DNA of 64,000 bases from an uncultured Verrucomicrobiae bacterium (GTDB lineage: Bacteria > Verrucomicrobiota > Verrucomicrobiia > Chthoniobacterales > Terrimicrobiaceae): NCBI GenBank assembly GCA_963706955.1, contig CAVPOC010000006.1, forward strand, positions 288,001 through 352,000. Reading direction: 5' to 3'. The notes under the pieces are model-generated. The model ran no database searches. It was not told the origin of the DNA and saw nothing but the letters and a program-made list of their open reading frames with translations. The stretch's first letter is position 1, and every line of letters starts with the position of its first letter. Made by a program: the position numbers and the translations under genes. Positions 27,306-36,647 of the stretch are shown here, one piece after another.

Positions 27306-28017
27306 TGTCCCGGCCAGCTCTTGCCGCCCGAAATGTCCATTCTTGCGGCTGAGCCGGATTTAAAGTGAGTACGAGATCCGCGAATCGCTCGACGAGCTCC
27401 GGGTCGTGGAGCACACAGACTACCGTGCGAGATTCTTGACGTGTTTGCGCCTGAAGGATCTGGAGGACCCGGAATGTGAGGTCTGGATCAAGGTTTGAAA
27501 CCGGCTCGTCGGCAAGGAACATCTCCGGCTCTTGAAAAAGCGCACGGGCAAGTGCAGCCCTTTGCTGCTCACCGCCGGAAACTTCGAATGCACGGCGATG
27601 CACGTCCGCACCAAGATCGAGGGTGCTGAGAGTTGCAAAGGCTTCGGCCTGATCGGTGCGCGGGAAGCCGGCGAGCGTGCGCCACCAGGGATATCTGCCC
27701 AGCCGGCCGCACAGCACATTATGAAGAAGCGTTCCATTGCCAATGAGGAGAAAATCTTGGAATACGATCCCCAGGCGCTTACGAAAGGCGCGTGGCGAGT
27801 GATGGCAACCGTGTGCACAGCGGAAGACGACTTGGCCCTCCGAAGGTTCGAGCGTTCCAGCGAGGCATCCCAGAAGACTGGTTTTTCCTGCGCCGGATGG
27901 ACCAACAATGGCGATGAATTTTCCGCGCGGCACCTCGATATCAATCCCGCGAAACAACCATCGCCCGCGCCTCTCCAAACCCAACCCCCGAAGGGTCACC
28001 TGTTCCGAAGGCAACAT
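27286..28017 (-). CDS. phnC: Phosphonate-type ABC transporter ATP-binding protein
   Basis: GPSGAGKT, NVLCGRLG, VSGGEQQR and LADEPVSNLDP. Confidence 0.88.
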   Translation of the reverse strand: MLPSEQVTLRGLGLERRGRWLFRGIDIEVPRGKFIAIVGPSGAGKTSLLGCLAGTLEPSEGQVVFRCAHGCHHSPRAFRKRLGIVFQDFLLIGNGTLLHNVLCGRLGRYPWWRTLAGFPRTDQAEAFATLSTLDLGADVHRRAFEVSGGEQQRAALARALFQEPEMFLADEPVSNLDPDLTFRVLQILQAQTRQESRTVVCVLHDPELVERFADLVLTLNPAQPQEWTFRAARAGRDNAAARQ

Positions 28018-28907
28018 CACTCGCTGCCGCGTTTGGCGAGCGCGACAGATTCTTTCAGCGAGCCAAGGTGTGTGGCGGAGTCCACCTCCACCAAGCGAGA
28101 AGTGAAGACCCGATCGCGAAGTTCCGGGTTTTCGTAGTCCATGGCAAGTAGCGCGGCACGCAGAGCCGTGCGGTCCGCATCCGAAATCGATGAGCGAACG
28201 GCGATGACATGGGTAGGCACAGGGCCTTGTTCCGTGAGTCGACGCAGCTTTTGGCGCTGCGCAGGGGTGAGATGCTTGTCCTTGTCCAGAACATAATAGC
28301 TGACTGCGGCCGCCTCGGCATCACCGTTGAGCACGCGTTCCACCGCAGAGACATACCCGGAACCAAACCAGACATTTCCTTCGCCGAAGAATTCTTCCGC
28401 TTTACCCGAATCCGAAATCAAATTCTTCTGACGCAGGTCCCACAGCGGGATGACGTAGCCCGAGGTGCTCGTCTTGCCCGAGAATGCAATCGACTTGCCT
28501 CTCAGATCTTCGATGGAACGGTACGGCTTTTCCTTCAGAGTCACCCAGTAGCTCTTATAGGAAGTCTTGCCGTCGATCTCGCCTGCGAGCAGCAAAGTCG
28601 CCGTTTGCTCGTTCAGCGCGTTGAGCATATCCGTAGCGGCCAGATAGGCTAGATCAATAGTCCCATTACCCAACCCTTCCAGGATGACCGCAGACGAAAG
28701 CGGGACGATGACTTCGACCGGCTTGCCCAATTGCTTGGAAAGGTACTTCGACAGTTGGGCGCGCTCGGCGATTATTGCTTCGGGATCCTTGTCAGGTTTC
28801 AGGGCGACAACGATCTTCGAAAGTGTGATCGGGGCGCCCACTGATATCTGAGCCACCGTCCCCAACAGCGCCAAGACTGCCATTGTTAACTTCGTGGAGG
28901 GTTTCAT
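28017..28907 (-). CDS. phnD: PhnD/PtxB-family substrate-binding protein
   Basis: Signal peptide; YLSKQLGKPVE, DLRGKSIAF, TSTSGYVIP and GDAEAAAVS. Confidence 0.85.
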   Translation of the reverse strand: MKPSTKLTMAVLALLGTVAQISVGAPITLSKIVVALKPDKDPEAIIAERAQLSKYLSKQLGKPVEVIVPLSSAVILEGLGNGTIDLAYLAATDMLNALNEQTATLLLAGEIDGKTSYKSYWVTLKEKPYRSIEDLRGKSIAFSGKTSTSGYVIPLWDLRQKNLISDSGKAEEFFGEGNVWFGSGYVSAVERVLNGDAEAAAVSYYVLDKDKHLTPAQRQKLRRLTEQGPVPTHVIAVRSSISDADRTALRAALLAMDYENPELRDRVFTSRLVEVDSATHLGSLKESVALAKRGSE

Positions 28908-28928
28908 ATGCCTTCAGCGTATTCCTAC

Positions 28929-28943
28929 TGAGACCCAATCTCA
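28929..28943. promoter_or_regulatory. Fur-box-like palindrome TGAGA-N5-TCTCA within the putative phnD promoter
   Basis: - strand reads CTTGAAA-TGAGATTGGGTCTCA-GTAGGAAT, ending ~20 nt upstream of the ATG. Confidence 0.5.
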
Positions 28944-29029
28944 TTTCAAGTCCGCTTTTTTGATTCGGTCAGCAGAGCTAGGCGCCGTCTCGAGAGGAAT
29001 GCAGCGAAGACCTGGTCAACCTCGCGACG

Positions 29030-29315
29030 ATGTATCGGGACCGCGCCGAATTCACCGATGTTATGTGCGAAACTCAGCGCAATCCCGCGCCCACACTCGC
29101 CCCGCGATGGGAAGCGGTAAATACCCCGAACACCCGCAGGAAGTTGGCTCCGGAAATACGCTCAACCTCAATTGAGGTATGTGCAACCGCCTTGAGAGCG
29201 GCTTGAAAAGGTCGCATGGCGAATGGGAGACTGTAGATGATTGAACGCACCAGGAGTCCGCTTAAACTGAAGACCAGAGTATGGCCCGTTGGCGCGATGT
29301 GCCCAACGGGTTTGT
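29030..29315 (-). pseudogene. modB: Remnant of molybdate ABC permease ModB
   Basis: - strand fragments GHTLVFSLSGLLVRSIIYSLPFAMRPFQAALKAV and (shifted) ALSFAHNIGEFGAV match ModB motifs; frameshifted and truncated; boundaries approximate. Confidence 0.75.
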
Positions 29316-29319
29316 GACC

Positions 29320-29500
29320 GAAAAGGCGTGATCCGGAACTTCGATCCAGCGAGCTTTGGAACTAAGGCTAAGAGAAGGACAATGGATCAGGCGACAATTT
29401 CGGCGTCAGCATTGCCGGTCTCCACGAAGTGTGCCACTTGGCGCGGACCGTCTGCCCGCAAATTGTCGTCATCGCCAGCAGAATGATCAAAAAACGGCCG
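29320..29500 (-). pseudogene. modA: Remnant of molybdate-binding protein ModA
   Basis: Fragments GRFLIILLAMTTICGQTVR (signal-like), QVAHFVETGNADAEIVA*SIVL and ARWIEVPD; internal stop and large deletion; boundaries approximate. Confidence 0.65.
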
Positions 29501-29733
29501 AGGCCGCGCTCCTTATATCTGGAGATATGTGACACAGCCAGAACTCTCGAACGTGCGGCGCAAAGCTCTCGAAGCTTTCTGAAGACCTGCAGGCTAATCT
29601 CTCGCTGGTGCTCGCATCGAATACCAACTTGAATACAAGTAGAGTGGGGGGACTCGATGCGAACCGGGAACGGCGAACTCCCCAAGTTGCGAACAATCTT
29701 TCTTCTGGGGTTCTCATTAGCTAGTGGTTGCGA

Positions 29734-31941
29734 ATGAGGACAGACTCTGAGGGCGCGTCGTCTAGGCCTGCGCCGCTTTCGATCCTGCCGGTTCTTGTCG
29801 GAGGAGTTCTAGGGATCGTGCTCGGAATTGTCGTGGGGGACTACGCCCGCTTCCTTCGACCCATCGGGCAACTCTATGTCATGCTTCTGGAAATAGCGGT
29901 TTATCCTTACTTGATTTGTTCGCTGCTCCACGGACTTGGAAGTATGTCGCCAAGCCAGGCCTGGAAGCTCTTCTTCTCTGGCTGGAGGTTCTACGTTGCG
30001 CTCTGGATAATCACTTTCGGAGTATTGATCGTGCTCGCGCAAGGCATCCCGCAAGCTCTTTCGACGAGTTGGGTAGCTGATCGAGCGGCGCGCACGACGC
30101 CGGGCTTGCTCGAGATTCTTATTCCGAGCGACCCGTTTACCGCCTTAGCACGAAACTATGTGCCGGCCGTTGTCCTCTTCTGCCTGCTGTATGGTGTCGC
30201 TCTGCAACACGTTCAGGAAAAAACGGCGCTCCTGGCGGTGCTGGAGGGAATTCGCCTGGCCAGCTTGAAATTTTGGAACGCTGTTGTGCGGTTCGCGCCG
30301 TTGGCGGTCTTCGCACTTTTCGCCGACCTCGCCGGGACGCTAAGACCCAAAGATGTCGAGGAGGTCTCCCTTTTCTTTTTTCTGTTTTTCTCCGGGAGCT
30401 TTCTCTTGGCGTTTTGGATTATCCCAACGTGCATCTCGGCGTTCACACCTTTTCGCTACCACGAAGTTCTGCGAGATCTCCGTTCGGCGTTCTTGATCGC
30501 TGTCGCGACGACCCTATCGGTCTCCGCCCTGCCTTATATCTCGTCGGCGACGCAGCGTCTGGCTAAGCTGTGCGGAATTGAAGATCCTGAGTGTGGAGAA
30601 ATTGTCCGAACGAATATCTCGGTCGCGTACCCGTTGGGCCAACTCGGCAACTTCTTCATCTACCTCTTCGTTGTCTTCGCCCTTTTTTACCATGGCGTCG
30701 TGGCTGGGCCGCTGGAGATTTCCCTGCTGCCGCTGGTCTCTCTATTGTCGGGCGTAGGCTCGCCGACCTCTTCCGTCGATGCGGTGAGCTTCTTATCGGA
30801 GTGGCTTGGACTGCCAAATCAGACCACCTCGCTTTATGTGAGTCTCATGACGTTGACCCGCTATGGCCAGGTCATCGCCTCGGTGGCGGGTTTTGCTTTT
30901 CTCAGTTTCGGAGTCGTTCTGGCTTACTACGGGAAAATTCAGATGCGATGGAGCCGAGTCCTTGTCTCCCTTCTGGTGGCACTCTGCGCTCTCGCTTCAT
31001 TTGTCTTTGTCGCTCGCCGATTTGATGACTGGGTGCTGAATCGCTCCACCAATCCCTACCTCGACTTTGCTTTAGAGCCCGCGGTGACCTCCGGAATACC
31101 GGTGACGTTTGGCACCGTTGAATCCACCCAGCCGCTGCCGAAAAATTTAGCCGTTCTTGCGCGAATTCAGCGGGACGGCGAGTTGCGGGTTGGCTTTAAC
31201 GAAGGCATCATTCCCTTCAGTTATCGGAATTCTGCAGGGGAGTTGGTTGGCTACGACATTGCCTTTGCCTATCAGCTCGCGCGCGATCTCAATGTGCGGC
31301 TCCGCTTCATTCCTTTCCAGTGGCCTGATCTGGCCCAAAACCTCACCGAAGGGCGATTCGATATTGCCATGGCGGGCATCTATGTCACCGAGGACCGGCT
31401 CCTGGCATTTGAGGCCTCCCGCCCATATTTTCAGAGTCCTCTGGCTCTTTTCATGCCGCGCGATCGGGCGGAGGCTTTTACCAGCCGGACAAAGATCCTG
31501 GAGCGCGAGGCTCTCAAGATCGGTGTATTCAACGATCCGGTGCTCATACCAAGGCTCGCACGCACTTTCCCGAACGCTGAGATCGTCGTGGTTCCGGGTT
31601 ATCAGCGCATCCCCGATTTTTCCAAAATTGACGCCGCCATATGGACGCTCGTGCAGGCTGAGTCGCTCGCGGCGGCTCACCCGGGCCTCATCGCCGTTGT
31701 TCCGAGGGATGCAGGCAACCCGTACCTGCTCGCTTATCTGATGCCGCCCGGCGCGGACGAATTTGAGAATTTTGTGAACTATTGGCTCGATCTCAAACGG
31801 GCCGACGGGTTCGAGAAAGGGCAACGCGCGTACTGGATTGATCGAGTGCCCCCTGACAGCCGAGCGCCACGATGGTCTATTCTGGGGGACGTCTTCGGAT
31901 TTGGAGTATCACAGTCTAAGGATTCAGCGGGAAAAAACTGA
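29734..31941 (+). CDS. Dicarboxylate/amino acid:cation symporter (DAACS) fused to a C-terminal amino-acid-binding (SBP_bac_3) domain
   Basis: Multi-TM N-terminal part (IPSDPFTALA, ATTLSVSALP); C-terminal RIQRDGELRVG, PFSYRNSAGELVGYDI and GRFDIAMAG. Confidence 0.88.
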   Translation: MRTDSEGASSRPAPLSILPVLVGGVLGIVLGIVVGDYARFLRPIGQLYVMLLEIAVYPYLICSLLHGLGSMSPSQAWKLFFSGWRFYVALWIITFGVLIVLAQGIPQALSTSWVADRAARTTPGLLEILIPSDPFTALARNYVPAVVLFCLLYGVALQHVQEKTALLAVLEGIRLASLKFWNAVVRFAPLAVFALFADLAGTLRPKDVEEVSLFFFLFFSGSFLLAFWIIPTCISAFTPFRYHEVLRDLRSAFLIAVATTLSVSALPYISSATQRLAKLCGIEDPECGEIVRTNISVAYPLGQLGNFFIYLFVVFALFYHGVVAGPLEISLLPLVSLLSGVGSPTSSVDAVSFLSEWLGLPNQTTSLYVSLMTLTRYGQVIASVAGFAFLSFGVVLAYYGKIQMRWSRVLVSLLVALCALASFVFVARRFDDWVLNRSTNPYLDFALEPAVTSGIPVTFGTVESTQPLPKNLAVLARIQRDGELRVGFNEGIIPFSYRNSAGELVGYDIAFAYQLARDLNVRLRFIPFQWPDLAQNLTEGRFDIAMAGIYVTEDRLLAFEASRPYFQSPLALFMPRDRAEAFTSRTKILEREALKIGVFNDPVLIPRLARTFPNAEIVVVPGYQRIPDFSKIDAAIWTLVQAESLAAAHPGLIAVVPRDAGNPYLLAYLMPPGADEFENFVNYWLDLKRADGFEKGQRAYWIDRVPPDSRAPRWSILGDVFGFGVSQSKDSAGKN

Positions 31942-32041
31942 GAATGGGTCGCGTGGTGACCCTCGCCTAGGAGACGCGTCGGCGTCGCTGAGATGACGTT
32001 CTGGTTTGACTCCCCCGGCAGCCGCGCGTCAGAATACTCCC

Positions 32042-33772
32042 ATGGGCACCCGAGCTCCCACGCGTGGAATGCCATGGGGACGCGTCTCCCGGTGGATCTT
32101 TATCGGGGCAGGTGCCGCGATTGCCATTAGTCTCGTTAGTATCCTGAGCGTTCGCGGGTATCGAGGCTGGCGCGTGGAAAAGGAACTAAGCGCGGCGCAG
32201 ACCTATCTCCAGCAGCGGGATACTAAAAATGCGCTTCTTAGCTTTAAAAGAGCGGTCCTGCTCCGTCCCGATAATCTGGAAGCTCGCCGCGCTTTGGCTT
32301 CGCTCCTCGAAGAGACCGCTTCCTCGGAAGCGCTCATCCACCGGCAAAAGCTTATAGATTTACAGCCGCAGCTCCTGGAGCCGAAACTAGCTTACGTCCG
32401 CAGTGCGCTAAGGCTGGGACATCTTCAGCAAGCCTCCAAGACTCTGAAATCGATCAAAGGTTCGCTCCGCAAGACGCCCGAGTTCATGGAGCTTCAGGCC
32501 GAGCTGCAACTGAAACGCAATCGCCCGGATGGCGCGCTCGAAATCTATCGCGAGCTCATCGACTTGCGGCCGAAGGATGAGCGCACGCGGGTGAAGCTGA
32601 CGGCGCTTGAGCTGCGGAACGGTTCCGAACGCGACCAGGCAACTGCTCGTGCGGCTTTGGAGTCGCGGGTAACAGACCAGGAATTCGGCTTGCTGGCGCT
32701 GCGCGCCTTGTCCGAAGATGCCTTGCAGCGAAGCGAGTTCGAGGCGGCTCTAGCGTGGTCCAAGCGGGCTTGCGAAATGCCGCTTTCCGAAGTTTCAGAC
32801 CGGCTCCTGCATTTGCAGGCGCTTTTTGCGGCCAAATCGCCGTCATTCGATAGTTGGCTTGCCGACCTCGAAAGAATCGCGCTGGAAAATACGCCCTTCG
32901 CTCTGGAGGTGGCGAAATGGAAAATGAATGTTCTGGGACCTGAAGCGGCTTCGAGGTGGCTGGAGCGCCTGCCGCCCAACACGCGCGAAGATCTTGGAGT
33001 ATGCGCGTTCCTCGCAGATTGCTACAGCGCGCTGCAGCGTTGGGAGGATCTGGAGTCGTTGGTTGGTAGAACCGCGTGGCGCGAACGTGAGCCCCTTCGG
33101 CTTGGTTTGCTCGCTCGCGCTCAAGCCGGCCTCGGAAATGTCCGAAGATCCGACCGCACCTGGCAGCTCGCATTGCAGGAAGCCCAAACATACCCTGCGC
33201 AACTGCCTTCGATTCTGGCGATGGCAAGAACGGACAAGCGCGATGTGCGTCAAGTGTTGTGGATGATTGCGGAGCGCGAACCGGATAACCTCGCGGCGCG
33301 GCAGGAACTCTATCAGGCCTATTGGCAAGAGCGCAATGCAGACGGGATGCTTCGAATGATGGAGCTTGTTCTCAAAGAGCGACCAGATGATCGTGCCGCG
33401 AAATACAACGTGGCGGCTTTGCTATTCGCTACGAGACGCGGAATCGATCGCGCCGCCCTCCTCGCAAAAGAGCTCTACGAGGATGATCCAGTTAGCGTGG
33501 GCAACGCTGTTATCCACGGCTTTGGCATTCACCTGCAGGGTGATTCCCGCAAGGCTGCCGCTCTTCTCGACGGCAGGGATGATTTGCACAAGCTGGGAAA
33601 TGACGGAGCGGCCTACTATTCGCTCATTCTCGCAGGGTGCGGGCGTGACGAGGACGCCCGGCGTGTCCTCTCGCCCGTCGACCGCGAGGCACTATTGCCT
33701 GCTTTGCGCAACTCAATTGATCACACCTTCGGAGTGCCTCTGAACAATGCAGTGACCCACCAACCTGATTAA
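32042..33772 (+). CDS. Membrane-anchored TPR-repeat protein
   Basis: N-terminal transmembrane segment followed by helical repeats (AVLLRPDNLEARRALA, VLKERPDDRAAKYNVA); start uncertain. Confidence 0.8.
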   Translation: MGTRAPTRGMPWGRVSRWIFIGAGAAIAISLVSILSVRGYRGWRVEKELSAAQTYLQQRDTKNALLSFKRAVLLRPDNLEARRALASLLEETASSEALIHRQKLIDLQPQLLEPKLAYVRSALRLGHLQQASKTLKSIKGSLRKTPEFMELQAELQLKRNRPDGALEIYRELIDLRPKDERTRVKLTALELRNGSERDQATARAALESRVTDQEFGLLALRALSEDALQRSEFEAALAWSKRACEMPLSEVSDRLLHLQALFAAKSPSFDSWLADLERIALENTPFALEVAKWKMNVLGPEAASRWLERLPPNTREDLGVCAFLADCYSALQRWEDLESLVGRTAWREREPLRLGLLARAQAGLGNVRRSDRTWQLALQEAQTYPAQLPSILAMARTDKRDVRQVLWMIAEREPDNLAARQELYQAYWQERNADGMLRMMELVLKERPDDRAAKYNVAALLFATRRGIDRAALLAKELYEDDPVSVGNAVIHGFGIHLQGDSRKAAALLDGRDDLHKLGNDGAAYYSLILAGCGRDEDARRVLSPVDREALLPALRNSIDHTFGVPLNNAVTHQPD

Positions 33773-34028
33773 GACCCTCCGCGAGCCGCGCTAGGTCATG
33801 GGAAGATTTTCCAGCTCAGGGTTTCGTCCGTTCGAGACCAGATGCCCGCACGGAGGAGAGGTAACCGATCATCGGATAACGAGGGTTGAAGGTTTTACCG
33901 CCCAGGCAAACGAACGCTGGGCCCGTGATCGATTTCAGCCGAGGAACGCCGTGCTCTCCGAGGCAGTTGACAGGAATTCTGTAAATGCGGAGACTCAATT
34001 TTTCGAAACTGACGCTGGCCGCCGAATC

Positions 34029-34724
34029 GTGCGCAACACTCTCATAGCTCTTACGCTCCTTGGTTTGGCTGCTTGCAAGCGTCCGTCGCCTCCCGTTACG
34101 ACGCCTGCTCCAGCACCGGAACAGGCGCCTGTGTCGACAGCAGAGCAACAGCCCGGTGACGGTTATGCCGGCGTTCCGGAATCTTCTCCGAACTCTGCTT
34201 CGCCGAATCCCGCACCAGAACCCGCCGGCAGCGTCCAAGCTCCCGAGCAGATCAATATGGATGCCGCCGATGTTGAAAATCAGCTTGTCAAAACCGAAGT
34301 GCTGGCGCGCATCGATCTAATGCCGCGGCTGGCCCCCGAGGAAAAAGACAAGCTCTACGTGCAGGTGGAACGCGCCCGCGGGATGGGCAAAATTATCACC
34401 ATCCCTTTTGCGACCGGCAAGGTGAACGTCGGCGCCGCCGAGGTGGCCGCCCTTCAGGAGAAGCTGAAGCTACCGCAAATCCAAAAATTCGCTGACGATC
34501 CGACAGTCGTTTTTGTGGTCCTCGGTTTCGCTGACACGGCAGGAGATCCGCAGAAGAACGTGGCGATATCCTTGCAACGAGCTGACAACGTGGTCAAGGT
34601 CTTGAAGGAGCGCGCCGCCATCATGAACGTCGTTCATGCGGTTGGCATGGGGAGCTCAGACCTGTTCGACGCTAAGAATCTGGAGAAGAACCGGGTGGTG
34701 GAAGTCTGGGCGGTGCTGCCTTGA
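34029..34724 (+). CDS. OmpA-like (peptidoglycan-binding) lipoprotein with a Pro-rich linker
   Basis: GTG start then lipobox LGLAAC; IPFATG, GFADTAGDPQKNVAISLQRA and KNRVVEVW. Confidence 0.85.
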   Translation: MRNTLIALTLLGLAACKRPSPPVTTPAPAPEQAPVSTAEQQPGDGYAGVPESSPNSASPNPAPEPAGSVQAPEQINMDAADVENQLVKTEVLARIDLMPRLAPEEKDKLYVQVERARGMGKIITIPFATGKVNVGAAEVAALQEKLKLPQIQKFADDPTVVFVVLGFADTAGDPQKNVAISLQRADNVVKVLKERAAIMNVVHAVGMGSSDLFDAKNLEKNRVVEVWAVLP

Positions 34725-36631
34725 GCGACAAGCTTTCGACCACTGTCGGCCTCGCCCCGATTCCGCTGAGCGATGGCCTGGTCTTAGGGAGGGGGGCAGA
34801 CGCCACTGCTATTCTTCCGGATTCGTCGGTGTCAAGGCGCCATGCCATTCTTCATCACACGACATCGGGCTGGAGCGTCGAAGACCTCGGCAGCCGAAGC
34901 GGGTCTTTCCTGAACGGACGCTTGTTCCGAGCTGAAGAATTAGTCTTCGGGGACCTGCTGCGCATCGGACCATTCAATCTTCGTTTCGACGGGCGATTCC
35001 TGCGAGAAACAGCGGGAATCACCGGAGCGCGACTCGACGCGCACGACCTGACGAAGGAAATCCTGGGAGCTCCGATCATGAGCGGCGTTTCTCTGAGCGT
35101 CGCGCCATGTCAATTTGTTGGCGTGATCGGCCCTAGCGGGGCAGGCAAATCCACGCTTCTGGATGCACTCTGCGCCTTGCGACCGGCTGACTCCGGAGCG
35201 GTGATGATCGATGGCATCGACCTCTACTCCAATTACGAGGCACTTCGAGAGGAGCTTGGTTACGTTCCGCAAGATGACATCGTTCCACTGGAGCTCTCGA
35301 TCGAGGACGCACTTTGCTTTAGTGCTTACCTCCGGTTGCCAAAGAAGACGCCGGCGGATGAGATTCGCCGGCTGGTCTGGCACACGATGCGTGTCTTGGG
35401 CCTAGAGGATCGCGCCAGCACCCGCGTCGGCAAACTCTCCGGTGGACAGCGAAAACGCGTCAGCGTCGGCGCCGAACTGCTCTGCCGTCCGCGACTCATG
35501 TTTCTAGACGAGCCGACTTCCGGTTTGGACCCATCTGCGGAATCCAGACTTATGGAGTCGCTGCGCCATCTTGCGGTAACCGGCTGCACGATTCTTTGCA
35601 CTACGCACATCATGGGGAACGCGTTTCTGTTCGACAGGCTGGCCGTCATGTACGGCGGCCGCCTGGTATTCATCGGAGAACCGAGCCAGGCTCTTGAATA
35701 TTTTGGCGTCGAGCGTTTGACGCTTCTTTATGAAGGCTTGTCTTCACGCCCAGCGCCTGGCTGGCCAGCGCACCGAGAAGGCCCTCCGCCACTGGAGACT
35801 ATCCGGCTACCTCCGCAGCGTCAGAAACGCAACGCCGCGCTTCCAATTCTGCTGCGGCGGCAATGGGCAATCTTTCGCGCAGACTGGAAGAATCTTCTCC
35901 TGGCCCTGGGTCAGCCCATTTTCATCGGGCTGCTGGTCACGTGGGTAAGTAGCGATCCTCCTCTGATTCTCTTCTTCGCGTATATCGCGACGCTTTGGTT
36001 CGGCTGCGGCAATGCGGCGCAGGAGATCGTGCGAGAGTTACCTATGTTTCGGCGGGAACGCCTGATCGGGCTTGGCCGTCATGCGTATTTGTTCGCGAAG
36101 TTCTCTTCGCTTGCCGGCATCACCACCTTCCAGAGTCTGCTGCTCTACGGCGTAATGCAACTCTACACCGGCGGGATCGGCGGCGCGGTCGAATGGCAAA
36201 TTCCAGCGATGATATTGGCGGCCTTGGCCGCGGTGGCTATTGGGCTGGCGATCTCGGCTCTCTCGAGATCTGTCCTCCAAGCCGTCATGATCGTTCCTCT
36301 GGTTCTAATTCCGCAAATCCTTTTCTCCGGATTTATTCCCCCGGCGGGCGACATGGCGCCCGGACCGCAGATTGTTTCGCGACTGATGCCGAGTGCAGCT
36401 GTCCAGGGGATCATTGACACCAGCTTGTTCTGGAACAAGACGATCAGCGGTGCGATGCGCGTGGACTATCCTTCTGCTTTCTCCAATCTCAATCGAGACA
36501 GGTCTTTGAAGAATGGACAAATCTTTACCAATGCGACGCCGGCGGCGTGGAGCCTCGGAACACTCGTGATGTGGACCGCCGGTGCCTACTGGGCAGCCTG
36601 GCTCGCATTGCGCGGCAAGGAAAGAGGATGA
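34721..36631 (+). CDS. FHA domain-ABC ATPase-ABC2 permease fusion (Rv1747-like exporter)
   Basis: FHA GR...VSRRHA...DLGSRSG; GPSGAGKST, LSGGQRKR and LDEPTSGLDP; C-terminal TM helices. Confidence 0.92.
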   Translation: MSDKLSTTVGLAPIPLSDGLVLGRGADATAILPDSSVSRRHAILHHTTSGWSVEDLGSRSGSFLNGRLFRAEELVFGDLLRIGPFNLRFDGRFLRETAGITGARLDAHDLTKEILGAPIMSGVSLSVAPCQFVGVIGPSGAGKSTLLDALCALRPADSGAVMIDGIDLYSNYEALREELGYVPQDDIVPLELSIEDALCFSAYLRLPKKTPADEIRRLVWHTMRVLGLEDRASTRVGKLSGGQRKRVSVGAELLCRPRLMFLDEPTSGLDPSAESRLMESLRHLAVTGCTILCTTHIMGNAFLFDRLAVMYGGRLVFIGEPSQALEYFGVERLTLLYEGLSSRPAPGWPAHREGPPPLETIRLPPQRQKRNAALPILLRRQWAIFRADWKNLLLALGQPIFIGLLVTWVSSDPPLILFFAYIATLWFGCGNAAQEIVRELPMFRRERLIGLGRHAYLFAKFSSLAGITTFQSLLLYGVMQLYTGGIGGAVEWQIPAMILAALAAVAIGLAISALSRSVLQAVMIVPLVLIPQILFSGFIPPAGDMAPGPQIVSRLMPSAAVQGIIDTSLFWNKTISGAMRVDYPSAFSNLNRDRSLKNGQIFTNATPAAWSLGTLVMWTAGAYWAAWLALRGKERG

Positions 36632-36647
36632 TCTTCTTAGAAAAATT

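Noticed and set aside
29095..29200. ERISGANFLRVF read as a membrane dipeptidase C-terminus
   Set aside because: The flanking segments match ModB, and this stretch corresponds to its EAA-loop region.
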